Source: Candidatus Limnocylindria bacterium
Lineage (GTDB): Bacteria > Chloroflexota > Limnocylindria > QHBO01
Direction of reading: 5' to 3'
DNA length: 64,000 bases
NCBI GenBank assembly: GCA_038233215.1
Contig: JBBSML010000012.1
Coordinates: 1,751 to 65,750, forward strand
Shown here: positions 1 to 8,917 of the stretch, one piece after another
How the letters are laid out: every line of letters starts with the position of its first letter
How positions within the stretch are numbered: position 1 is the first letter of the stretch
Program-made: the position numbers and the translations under genes
Notes under the pieces: model-generated
What the model was told of the DNA's origin: nothing
The model's input: only the letters and a program-made list of their open reading frames with translations
Database searches by the model: none

Positions 1-182
1 TTGGCAGCGGCGCTCCTCGAGAGCCGGTCATGGGCATCAACTGGCAGCTCTTTCGCCGCGATGGCCGGCGGCCGCCTGCCGCTGATCGATTACCCACTTG
101 GTTCGACCGGCGCGCACACGCTGGGACCGGCAATGCCGGGTGTTCAGGTCGAAGCGCCGGGCTTCGGCGAGTTCGGGAGGCC

Positions 183-473
183 CTAGGAATCGATGCGCTC
201 AACCAATCGATCTGCAAGCGCGATCGAGTAGTTCTGCCCGCGATCGTGGGGATAGACCTGGAACATACTCGCCACCCACAGGTTCGGAATGGCGGTATGG
301 AACGGCGGGATGTGATTCCGGTAGTCCACGGTGACGATCGGCTGCGCGAATGGGGCGGCGAAGATCCAGGCATCGGTCATCCAGGATCGGTCGACGGTAA
401 GACCGGCCCGCCTAAGGCCCTCCCACCAGAAATCACCAGGACCATCGACGCTGGCGAGAGCGAGATCCACCAT
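183..473 (-). CDS. hypothetical protein (about 97 aa), aromatic-rich (FWWEG..., ...YPHDRGQNYSIALADRLVERIDS)
   Basis: ORF 183..605 minus. Start taken at the internal Met (cat at 471-473) because the upstream part crosses a palindromic promoter region. No family recognised. The antisense ORF 30..476 is the alternative reading. Confidence 0.3.
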   Translation of the reverse strand: MVDLALASVDGPGDFWWEGLRRAGLTVDRSWMTDAWIFAAPFAQPIVTVDYRNHIPPFHTAIPNLWVASMFQVYPHDRGQNYSIALADRLVERIDS

Positions 474-510
474 TGACATGCGTAGATTCCTACGTAGTAT
501 CTTACGCATG
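473..510 (+). promoter_or_regulatory. divergent promoter/operator: TTGACA (473-478), 16-nt spacer, TAGTAT (495-500), overlapped by nested inverted repeats CATGCGTA(477-484)/TACGCATG(503-510) and CGTAG/CTACG
   Basis: Seen directly. Unusually AT-rich for this genome. The -10 ends 7 nt before the ATG at 508, implying a leaderless mRNA. Confidence 0.4.
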
Positions 511-966
511 AAAGACCGCTTGACGTACCAGGCGACGGATCTTGCACGCAACCATCGGAACGTGTTGGCGGAGGCCCGCGCCGGATACGCGCTCGTTCGC
601 GACAAGGACGGGACGACGCTGATCCTGACGCCGGCGGGTGATGTCGAGCGACTGCGCGAGCTCGCCGATCTGGCACTCGGACTGGCAACGCTCCAGCGGG
701 TGCTGACACGGCCGATGGATCAGCGCGCCACCGCGCTGTACGGAAGCTTCGCGTGGGCAAGTGCCCTGCCGGAGGAGAATCAGCGCGCGTTCGCCGAAGA
801 ACTTGCCGATGCGTTGCTGATCGCCACCTCCGGGACCTCGTTGGAGCCGGTTCGGGAGCTGATCGGAGACTGGATCGCGACCGTCGAGGCGTGGGCTGAT
901 CCCGAAACCCGCGGGCGCCTTCTCACGGATGAGCCTGACCCTCTGCGCGTTGAGCTTCACGGCTGA
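508..966 (+). CDS. hypothetical protein; N-terminal about 50 aa resemble the Phd/YefM antitoxin fold (TYQATDLARNHRNVLAEARAGYALVRDKDGTTLILTP)
   Basis: ORF 331..966; start placed at ATG 508 (MKDRLTYQ...) just downstream of the promoter-like element. The YefM-like pattern is by eye only. Confidence 0.4.
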   Translation: MKDRLTYQATDLARNHRNVLAEARAGYALVRDKDGTTLILTPAGDVERLRELADLALGLATLQRVLTRPMDQRATALYGSFAWASALPEENQRAFAEELADALLIATSGTSLEPVRELIGDWIATVEAWADPETRGRLLTDEPDPLRVELHG

Positions 967-1719
967 CCGTGGCTGCGGAAGAGTCGCCGCCATGGACACT
1001 GCTCGCCGCTTCGGCGTCCGCAGAACGAGAGTGGGAGGAGGCGAGGACGAGGGAACCGGAGCTGATGCGAAGGACCGCGGAACGGTTACGACAGCGTCCG
1101 CTCGACCGATCGGCCAATCCACGCCGCACGCACCGCCTGAAGCCTCCGCTGGACTCGATGCGGATCGGTCATCGGCGCTTACCGCAATGGCAGCACGAGC
1201 TCAGCACCGCCTGTCGGATCCACTATTGTCCCGATTCCGAGGCTCGAATCATCTGGATCACAATGGTAAGCCTGCGCCACCCGAGAACAACCGAGTGAGC
1301 CTCGAGCGGCGTCGTCGCGTGAACTATCGATTGATCGAGCGGGGGCAGGCCGCGGGTTCCGATCAACGCGGCAGACTGGGAACGGCCAAGACGCTTGCAG
1401 CGCAGTCCGCCACCTGAGGCTGCTGCCCTTCAGCACCAATACCCGTGCCGTGGCCTCAGGGAGCCTGGGGCCTCGCCCGCGCTAACCTCGGTTAAATCCT
1501 CCGCAGCGACCCAACCTCCGCAACGCGCGCCGCAAGGAAACGAACCCGCTCAGCGCCATTGAGAACGGCGCGGCTGGTGCTACCCGTCGCCGGTGAATCG
1601 AACGATCGAGTCGTTGCTGGCCGCTGCTTCCACCTATAGCGTGCCGCACCAATGCTACTCTTGGAAGCAGCAGGAACCTTGCGGCCGGAACGTCCAGCAG
1701 AGGCGATAGTTCTCTAACG

Positions 1720-3924
1720 GTGAGCTCAAAGCCAAGCGCGTCGATTCGCACCGGAGCGATGGGTGGTAGCGCGGTACTCCTGCTGTTCATCGTCACGATC
1801 TTTCTGGGCGCGGTCCTCGTATTCGGCGTGCAGCCGATAGCCGCACGGTTGCTCTTGCCACGCTTCGGCGGCAGCCCAGGAGTCTGGAGCGCCGCCAGCC
1901 TTTTCTTCCAGTTGGCGCTCCTGGCCGGGTATGGCTACAGCTTTCTCCTCACCTGCCACGTCACGCAGCGTTATCAGCCACTTATTCATGTGCCCCTGCT
2001 GGCCATGCCGCTGCTGCTCCTGCCGCTCAGCCTGCCGATCAGCGGTCAACCCGCCACGGACGCCACGCCGGCCATTTCGGTTCTGGGCGTGCTAGCCGTT
2101 GGCCTCGGCATTCCATTCGCCGTGGCATCGACAACCGGTCCGCTGCTTCAGCGGTGGTTTAGCTACACCGGTCACCGATCCGGATCTGATCCTTATTTCC
2201 TCTACGCGGCAAGCAATACCGGCAGTCTGTTGGTCCTGTTGGCGTATCCATTCTTGCTCGAGCCGCGCTTGACGCTCGATGAACAGTCGATTGCCTGGTC
2301 TGTCGGCTACGCAGTCTTCGCCTTCCTTGGAGCGACATGTGCGGTCGTGATGCGGCGACGCGCTCCGGGGGAAGCGACGTCAGACCGGCTGGTCGAAAAG
2401 GAGAAGGGCTCGGGAAGCTCGGCGACAGTTCCAACATGGCGCTCGCGGGCGCGATGGGTCGTCTTGTCCGCCGTGCCGTCCGCCCTCTCTCTTGGGACAA
2501 CGCAACACATCAGCACGGACATCGCCGCAGTACCGCTTCTCTGGATTGCGCCCTTAGCGCTCTACCTGACGAGCTTCATAGTTGCATTCTCCAGGAGGAA
2601 TCCGCTTAGCTCGAGCGTCGCCGGCAACCTTCTGCCGATTCCCGCGGCCGCCATGGTGGTGGTGCCCTTGTTAGGCGCACCGATCTGGCTGACCATCAGT
2701 ATCCATCTGCTCCTGCTGTTCGTTGCAGCCGTTATGTGCCACGCGCGCTTGGCTGAGGAACGGCCTTCCACCCGATATCTGACCGAGTTCTACCTGCTCT
2801 TGAGCATCGGTGGCGCATTGGGGGGCGTCTTCGTCTCGCTGCTTGCGCCGCTGCTGTTCGACCGGGTATGGGAATACCCGCTGGCAATCGTCGCGGCGCT
2901 CCTGCTGCGCCCGCGGATCCAGGGCCTCTTACCCCGATGGAGCCTTATTGCAGTAGGAGGGACTATCGCCCTCGCGGTCATCGCGTTGCTCGTACGCGCT
3001 CAGGAACCATCCGTCCTGCCTGGTTGGACCCCGTGGATCGCCTTGGCCGCGACGCTTCTCGCGCTCTCGCGGTGGCGAATCGTCTTGGCGGCCGTAACGG
3101 CATTCCTCCTTGGGGTACCACTCACCAACGGAGAAGGGGCAATCTACACGGATCGCACATTCTTCGGCGTGTACCGGGTTCTCTCCACTGAGGGCCGGCA
3201 CGAGCTGCTGCACGGCACGACCGTGCATGGCATGCAGTTCTTGGGAGCCACAGAACGTGAGGTGCCTGCCACCTACTATCACCCGACGGGTCCGATTGGC
3301 CAGGTCTTAACGGCTCGCGGCAGCGCGTTCAAACGAATTGGAGTGGTGGGCCTGGGGGTGGGCACCCTGGCGAGCTACGGCACGCCCGGCCAGCACCTCA
3401 CATTCTTCGAGATCGACCCGGCAATGGTGGCGCTCGCCCGTGAGCCGACCTTATTCACGTACCTAGCTGATTCGGAAGCTGAGATCGATATCCGGGTGGC
3501 CGATGGCCGACTCGGCCTCGTCGCCGATACGACACGGTACGATCTATTAGTGGTCGATGCTTTCTCGTCCGACGCCATCCCCGTCCACCTGTTGACTCGT
3601 GAGGCGCTATCCATCTACGAAAGCCGGCTCGCGTCTGGTGGAGTCATCGCCTTCCACATCACGAACCGATACCTTGACCTCGCACCGGTTCTGGGGAATA
3701 TCGCGGACTCACTCGGCATGAGCGCGCTGGTCCAGGTTGACACAACTCTGTCTGCGTATGCTCTGGCTCAAGGGAAGGCCGCCTCCACCTGGGTCCTGCT
3801 TGCCCCCCGGCCTGCCGACCTCGCGCCCTTTGACACCGATGCACGGTGGACTCCCGCCAAGCTTGACCCTGACAGCCGCGTCTGGACCGATGGGTACTCG
3901 GACCTCATCGGTGCCCTTCACTAG
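1720..3924 (+). CDS. membrane-anchored spermidine-synthase-like (polyamine aminopropyltransferase fold) protein
   Basis: 734-aa ORF. N-terminal about 480 aa is a multi-TM hydrophobic domain. The C-terminus has a class-I MTase/spermidine-synthase-like region (VVGLGVGTLASYG, FFEIDPAMVALAR, VDAFSSDAIPVHLLTRE). GTG start at 1720; ATG alternative at 1759. Confidence 0.65.
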   Translation: MSSKPSASIRTGAMGGSAVLLLFIVTIFLGAVLVFGVQPIAARLLLPRFGGSPGVWSAASLFFQLALLAGYGYSFLLTCHVTQRYQPLIHVPLLAMPLLLLPLSLPISGQPATDATPAISVLGVLAVGLGIPFAVASTTGPLLQRWFSYTGHRSGSDPYFLYAASNTGSLLVLLAYPFLLEPRLTLDEQSIAWSVGYAVFAFLGATCAVVMRRRAPGEATSDRLVEKEKGSGSSATVPTWRSRARWVVLSAVPSALSLGTTQHISTDIAAVPLLWIAPLALYLTSFIVAFSRRNPLSSSVAGNLLPIPAAAMVVVPLLGAPIWLTISIHLLLLFVAAVMCHARLAEERPSTRYLTEFYLLLSIGGALGGVFVSLLAPLLFDRVWEYPLAIVAALLLRPRIQGLLPRWSLIAVGGTIALAVIALLVRAQEPSVLPGWTPWIALAATLLALSRWRIVLAAVTAFLLGVPLTNGEGAIYTDRTFFGVYRVLSTEGRHELLHGTTVHGMQFLGATEREVPATYYHPTGPIGQVLTARGSAFKRIGVVGLGVGTLASYGTPGQHLTFFEIDPAMVALAREPTLFTYLADSEAEIDIRVADGRLGLVADTTRYDLLVVDAFSSDAIPVHLLTREALSIYESRLASGGVIAFHITNRYLDLAPVLGNIADSLGMSALVQVDTTLSAYALAQGKAASTWVLLAPRPADLAPFDTDARWTPAKLDPDSRVWTDGYSDLIGALH

Positions 3925-4175
3925 ATGACGACCGCTCGTGGATGGGCATCAGCAGAGCGGACGGACAGTACCGTGAGTCCCGGCCACGGGATGACCACTA
4001 CGACCACATGAGCTTACGGTTCGCGTGCCGGATCCTGTCTCGCGCGCTAGGGCCGCGCGTAGACACGTCTGTCGGGCCTCTGCCAATTGCCCGCTCAGTA
4101 GACCGCGGAGCTGCGGGCATCCGTCAGTCAACCGTCCCGTTGTTCCGCCAAGAATCGATGCGATGATGTGGCACG

Positions 4176-5117
4176 ATGATCAACAAGCTCGATCGCACGG
4201 CGTCCAAGATGCGGCTCCGCGGCGTTGGTCGGCCCTCGCTCGGCGTCCGGCTGGCGCGCATCGTGGCTTTGGCGGTGATCATAGGAATCGGGTTCAGCCA
4301 TGTCTGGTGGTCGATCACCGACTGGCACCTGAAGGACATGAACGCCTACTGGGATGCCGGGGTGAGGCTACGGGCCGGCGACGCGCTCTATCCGCAGATA
4401 GCCAACGTTCTCGCGTCGGAGGTATACCGATACAGCCCCTGGTTCGCGTGGCTGTGGGCGCCGCTCACCGTTCTCCCGCGGGAATTGGTGAACGTGCTCT
4501 GGTCGGCCGTCCTGCTCGCAGCAAGTATCGCCGCCGTTTGGCCGATGGCTCGGCGCGGGAGCTGGATCGCCGTTGCCTTCTTTCTACCTGTGCTCATCGG
4601 CATTTCGGCGGGAGGCAATGTTCATGCGCTGCTCATCGCCGCTCTCGTGCTGGGCATCGAACGGCCCAGCGGTCCGGTGTGGATCGGCGTGGCCGCCTCA
4701 CTCAAGGTCTTTCCGATCCTGTTCGCCCTGACCTATCTCGGGCGCCGCCAATGGTGGCGGGTGATCGGAACCGGAGCGATCGCCGCGATCCTTCTGGCTC
4801 CCTATCTCCTCTACGATCTCACCAATTACGTCACCAGCGCCGGCGGCGCCGCGCTCCTTAGCCAGTGGATGCCGGTGTATGTGATGGCTGTCGCGGCGAG
4901 CATCGCTGCCGCACTCTGGTACGCCAGGAGTCGGCACGCCTGGCTGGCCTCCGCCGTCGCCGTGGCGCTCGCTTTGCCACGATTCTTCGTCTACGACATC
5001 ACCTACTTGGCGGTCGGGCTAGCGGAGGCCAGAGACGGAACCACGTCAGAGCCGCGTCCTGCCCATCATCGGTCGCCCTGGGGCCGGGAGCCGATCAGAG
5101 ACGTCACTGATCCTTGA
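4176..5117 (+). CDS. GT87/DUF2029-family polyprenol-phosphate-sugar dependent membrane glycosyltransferase (paralog 1)
   Basis: Multi-TM protein with the family core GGNVHALLIAALVLGIERP...AASLKVFPILFAL, shared with four other paralogs in this window. Confidence 0.65.
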   Translation: MINKLDRTASKMRLRGVGRPSLGVRLARIVALAVIIGIGFSHVWWSITDWHLKDMNAYWDAGVRLRAGDALYPQIANVLASEVYRYSPWFAWLWAPLTVLPRELVNVLWSAVLLAASIAAVWPMARRGSWIAVAFFLPVLIGISAGGNVHALLIAALVLGIERPSGPVWIGVAASLKVFPILFALTYLGRRQWWRVIGTGAIAAILLAPYLLYDLTNYVTSAGGAALLSQWMPVYVMAVAASIAAALWYARSRHAWLASAVAVALALPRFFVYDITYLAVGLAEARDGTTSEPRPAHHRSPWGREPIRDVTDP

Positions 5118-5340
5118 GCTGATAGATCGGCCACCCTTCAATGACGTCGTCAGTACTTCGTGGCTAGTGCGTCAGTGGGCAGGCCGTGTAGGGTGCGCCA
5201 TGTGATTCGCCCCTCCCTCCTGCCAGCCGCGCCAATTCCGGAGCGCCTCCGCCTCGTCCTGCTGGCCTTCCTGGTCCTCTTTGTGGATCATCTTCAAGCC
5301 GCTGCTGTCGATTAGCCCGGTGCACCTCCCACCGCTGACC

Positions 5341-6183
5341 ATGTCGCGGCTGGCCAAGGCCGCCCTCCTGGTGGTTCTGCTAGTGCCCAACCTCGTCCTG
5401 ACTCAGTGGTCGGTGGAGGCAATCCTCAACGGAAAGATCGCCGTTGATTGGGTCCAGTATGCCGAAGCCGGTGAGCGGGTCTGGACCGACGACCTTTACG
5501 GATCAACGGCGACGTACGGATGGCGCTATTCGCCCATCCTCGCCTATGCCTTCACCGTACTTGGGCTTATGGGCACCATGGCCTGGCGCGTTCTCCACTT
5601 CGTCGCCGCGCTTGCGTTGCCCGGCTGGAAGCTCGTCCTAGTCACGCTTATTTCCTGGCCATTCTGGTTCGACGTCGAGACCGGCAACACGATGGTGTTC
5701 GTACTGCTGGCGGCTGCATGGGCCCTGCGGGGGAGCCGAATCGGCATCTTTGGGTTCCTGGCCCTCACCCTCCTCATCCCTCGGCCACTGATGCTGCCAG
5801 TCGCGGCATGGATCCTCTGGCAGCATCCCGAGTGGCGCTGGCGCTTCGCGGCCATGTTTGTGATCCACGGGCTGGCGGTGCTGGTCACAGGCTGGGGAGC
5901 TGCATGGATCGCCGAGCTCCTCTGGTCTCCCGCCGATCACCTTTCGCCCAGTAACGTTGGACCCAGCCGGTTCATCGGTCTGACGTGGATCATCGTGGGC
6001 GCTCCGCTTGCCGCGTGGCTGACCTGGAAGGGCCGACTCGGTCTGGCGAGCCTCGCGATCAGCCCCTATCTGCTGCCGTACTACCTCATGATGGGACTGC
6101 TCGAGCTCATCCCGGTCCGCCGTCGGCAGTATGCTGTCCGAGCATTGCCAGCACAGCCCGCGCGTTGGAAGGCAGCGTCATGA
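5341..6183 (+). CDS. GT87/DUF2029-family membrane glycosyltransferase (paralog 2)
   Basis: ORF 5281..6183, start placed at MSRLAKAALLVV. Core ETGNTMVFVLLAAAWAL...; C-terminus ISPYLLPYYLMMGLLELIP. Confidence 0.6.
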   Translation: MSRLAKAALLVVLLVPNLVLTQWSVEAILNGKIAVDWVQYAEAGERVWTDDLYGSTATYGWRYSPILAYAFTVLGLMGTMAWRVLHFVAALALPGWKLVLVTLISWPFWFDVETGNTMVFVLLAAAWALRGSRIGIFGFLALTLLIPRPLMLPVAAWILWQHPEWRWRFAAMFVIHGLAVLVTGWGAAWIAELLWSPADHLSPSNVGPSRFIGLTWIIVGAPLAAWLTWKGRLGLASLAISPYLLPYYLMMGLLELIPVRRRQYAVRALPAQPARWKAAS

Positions 6184-7070
6184 CCTCGGTCCCAACCGTC
6201 CTGGACGATCTTCTCCCGACTCCCCGCTCGCTACCCCGTGCCGGGCGCCTGACGGTCACCCTGATCAGCCTCGCCCTGTTGGCAGTGGGCGTCACCACGG
6301 CCGCGGCGAACTGGCACCTGACGGACCTGAAGGCGTACCTCGCGGCGGCAGATCTGCTTGCAGCGGGCGGGAATCCGTTCGACTTGGCGCTCGTCGAACG
6401 CGGGGTGACGTACTACTATCACTACAGCCCGTGGTTTGCGGGGCTCTTCGTACCTTTCACTGGGCTGCCACCCGAGCTCATCCGCGTTGGGTGGTCCGTC
6501 ATCCTCATCGCAGCCAGCGGCCTGGCAATCGTCCCCCTCGTGCGGATGCATGGGGCCGCCGGCCTTCCGCTCGTCGCGCTCATCGCGTTCCTCCTCCTCA
6601 ACCTCGTTGCCGAAGGCAACGTCCAGCCCCTTCTCCTCGCGGCGCTGGTCTGGTCGTTGGAGCGGCGAGCTGGCCCCGTCGCCATCGGCATGGCGGCGAG
6701 TCTCAAGATCACGCCCATCCTGCTTGCCCTCGTCTACGTGGGCCGAGGTGAATGGGCTCGAGCGCTCCTGTCCGCGGCTGTCGCTGGTCTGCTCGTTCTT
6801 CCGACGCTCCTGTTCGAGCTCACCCCGAACGCGACCGAGACGGGTGGCACCGGCCTCTTCACCTCGGCACCGATCCTATGGGCGCTCCTGGTGCTGACCG
6901 CCCTGGCGTCCACGATGTGGCTGGCACGGTCACGATTCGGCTGGCTCGCCGCTTCCACGGCCACGGTGCTCGCGCTGCCCCGGTTGCTCATCTTCGACTT
7001 CACGGTCCTGATCACCGCGTTTCCGGCGCGCCGCACCGAGCGTGCCCTGCCCGGACCATCGGACTACTGA
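6180..7070 (+). CDS. GT87/DUF2029-family membrane glycosyltransferase (paralog 3)
   Basis: Start ATG 6180 (MTSVPTVLDD) overlaps the upstream stop as ATGA. Core AEGNVQPLLLAALVWSLERR...AASLKITPILLAL. Confidence 0.65.
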   Translation: MTSVPTVLDDLLPTPRSLPRAGRLTVTLISLALLAVGVTTAAANWHLTDLKAYLAAADLLAAGGNPFDLALVERGVTYYYHYSPWFAGLFVPFTGLPPELIRVGWSVILIAASGLAIVPLVRMHGAAGLPLVALIAFLLLNLVAEGNVQPLLLAALVWSLERRAGPVAIGMAASLKITPILLALVYVGRGEWARALLSAAVAGLLVLPTLLFELTPNATETGGTGLFTSAPILWALLVLTALASTMWLARSRFGWLAASTATVLALPRLLIFDFTVLITAFPARRTERALPGPSDY

Positions 7071-7099
7071 GGCCGACCGGGCTGCGTGCTAGCGTTGCT

Positions 7100-7650
7100 C
7101 GGTCGCACCACGACGGACCGTACATGACCACTCGCACGACGCTGACCCAGCCCTGGCTGCGCGCCCTGGTCGGCATTGCCATCAGTATCGACTTCGAGCT
7201 AGAGGACCATCGCATCCGAGCCTTCAACCATATCGGTCCGGGACAGGAGCCTGGTTTTGTCATTTCTCGCTTTCCGAGCAGCTGTCGCGGATCGGGAGGG
7301 GCGAGCAGGAACCGGTCATCGAAGTCGGGAACGTCGAGTCGCGCCGCGACTTCACCGACGTCCGCGACGTCGTCCGTGCCTATCGCCTGGCAGGGGTCAT
7401 GGGAGTGCCCGGCGAGGCTTACAACGTCGTTTCGAGCCGCGCGGTGAGCGTGCAAACGGTTCTCGACCACCTCGTCCGCGCCGCCGGAGCAGCGGTCAAG
7501 GTCGCCTCTGATCCACAGCGCACCAGGGCCGGCGAGTCTCCCCAGGCCCTGGTCGGAGACTCCTCGAAGCCGTCACGACTCACCGGGTGGCAGCCCAAAG
7601 TCTCCTTCGAGCAGACCGATGTCATGGACGCTCTCTTCGAGCCCGCGTAG
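7100..7650 (+). pseudogene. 5'-truncated, frameshifted remnant of a GDP-mannose 4,6-dehydratase / GDP-4-keto-6-deoxymannose reductase (Gmd/Rmd, SDR-extended) gene
   Basis: Frame 2 gives ...RAFNHIGPGQEPGFVISRF. After a +1 shift near 7250, frame 1 continues SEQLSRIGRGEQEPVIEVGNVESRRDFTDVRDVVRAYRLAG...PGEAYNVVSSRAVSVQTVLDHLV..., the conserved C-terminal half of Gmd/Rmd enzymes. The N-terminal Rossmann domain is missing. Confidence 0.6.
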
Positions 7651-7652
7651 GA

Positions 7653-8471
7653 ATGCACGCCGTGGGACTGCCGATGAGCCGCGACATCGACTGGCTGCCC
7701 CTGGCTCGGTGGGTCGGCATTGCGGGACTGGCGGTCGTGTGGGTCGCGCTCCTGGTCCTCCAGCCGGACGTCACCGGGAAGCCCTTCGGCGTCGACGCCA
7801 TGGCGTATCACGGTTCGCCAATGGCCAACCCGTACGACGGCCCGCAGGTCGGACTCCCTGGTGCCTACCTGTATCCACCGCCGTTCATCCAGCTGCTCAC
7901 GCCCCTGCGACTCCTACCCTGGGAGCTGTTCATTGCCCTTTGGCTGGCACTCGAGCTCGCGGCACTTGCCTGGCTCCTGTCCCCTGCAATTGCACTGCTT
8001 GCGCTGGCAATTCCATACGTGCTGGCCGAGGTCGCCATCGGCAACGTCCACCTGTTCATGGCCGTGGCCATGGTGATCGGGATCCATCGCCCGGCATGGT
8101 GGGCTTTCGTCGCTCTGACCAAGCCAACCGTGGCCGTCGTCGCGACGTGGCATATCTTCCGTGGCGAGTGGCGCGCCGCCGTGATTGCCGCAGTTGCCAC
8201 CGCCGTCGTCGCGATCGCGTCCATCCTGATTGCCCCGGACTTGTGGGTCGCATGGATCGACCGCATGCGGGGAGGTACGGGGACGGCTGGCTCTACCTGG
8301 ATGGTCGCTCTCGCCGTTCGTGTCGTGTTGGCAGGTGGGATCGCGTGGTTCGCGGCGCGCCGCAACCGTCCGGTCTTCCTGCCCCTGGCTGCATTTATCG
8401 CCTTGCCGATCCCGTGGCTCGAGGGATTAACCCTCTTCGCAGCGATCCCCCGATTGGTCCGCAGCCGATGA
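7653..8471 (+). CDS. GT87/DUF2029-family membrane glycosyltransferase (paralog 4)
   Basis: ORF 7587..8471, start placed at ATG 7653 (MHAVGLPMSRDIDW) right after the pseudogene stop. Core AIGNVHLFMAVAMVIGIHRPAWWAFVALTKPTV. Confidence 0.6.
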   Translation: MHAVGLPMSRDIDWLPLARWVGIAGLAVVWVALLVLQPDVTGKPFGVDAMAYHGSPMANPYDGPQVGLPGAYLYPPPFIQLLTPLRLLPWELFIALWLALELAALAWLLSPAIALLALAIPYVLAEVAIGNVHLFMAVAMVIGIHRPAWWAFVALTKPTVAVVATWHIFRGEWRAAVIAAVATAVVAIASILIAPDLWVAWIDRMRGGTGTAGSTWMVALAVRVVLAGGIAWFAARRNRPVFLPLAAFIALPIPWLEGLTLFAAIPRLVRSR

Positions 8472-8514
8472 CTCGCGCACTCGCGCCCGCCGTTCCGGCC
8501 CTTACCAGCGGTCG

Positions 8515-8870
8515 GTGCTCTTGGTCGTGGTCGCGGCCATCCTGGCCGTCCCGAACGCGATCTTGCTCGGTGAGACGTTCGGCTTCATCGCGTCGCGGCA
8601 CTACCATCGGCACGGTGTACGCCGTTCTCTCATTGGCGACCGAAGAGGCATTTTCTTTTCTGGCGTCTCTCACCGGGGCACGGAACTCATGGCCATGCAG
8701 TACAACTGGGGACCGACGGCATGGATTGGCCCAGCATGGCTCCTAGCTGGGATCCCAATCGCTGCCTTACTAACCTGGAGGGGCAGAATCGGGTGGCTGC
8801 CTTGGCGGGTAGCCCCCACATCCTTCCGTATTACCTGCTGGTGTTGCTTTGGGAGGTTGGATTGACGACG
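8515..8870 (+). pseudogene. frameshifted 3' fragment of a further GT87/DUF2029 paralog
   Basis: The two reading frames give ...GPTAWIGPAWLLAGIPIAALLTWRGRIGWLP then ...AGSPHILPYYLLVLLWEV, which align to the C-terminus of paralog 2 (GLTWIIVGAPLAAWLTWKGRLGLASLAISPYLLPYYLMMGLLEL). Confidence 0.45.
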
Positions 8871-8917
8871 GGCACCGGATCCGGCGCGCCGGCCGAGACC
8901 CAGACGGGGGGGCTTCC

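Noticed and set aside
30-476. 148-aa plus-strand ORF
   Set aside because: Antisense to the aromatic-rich minus-strand ORF 183..473 and Arg/Gly-rich, without motifs. Kept only as the less likely alternative.
8849-8917. N-terminal 22-codon extension of the rmlA ORF (MGGWIDDGHRIRRAG...)
   Set aside because: The conserved nucleotidyltransferase start MKGLLLAGGSGSRL begins at 8918 with a G-rich RBS just upstream; the extension overlaps the GT87 fragment.
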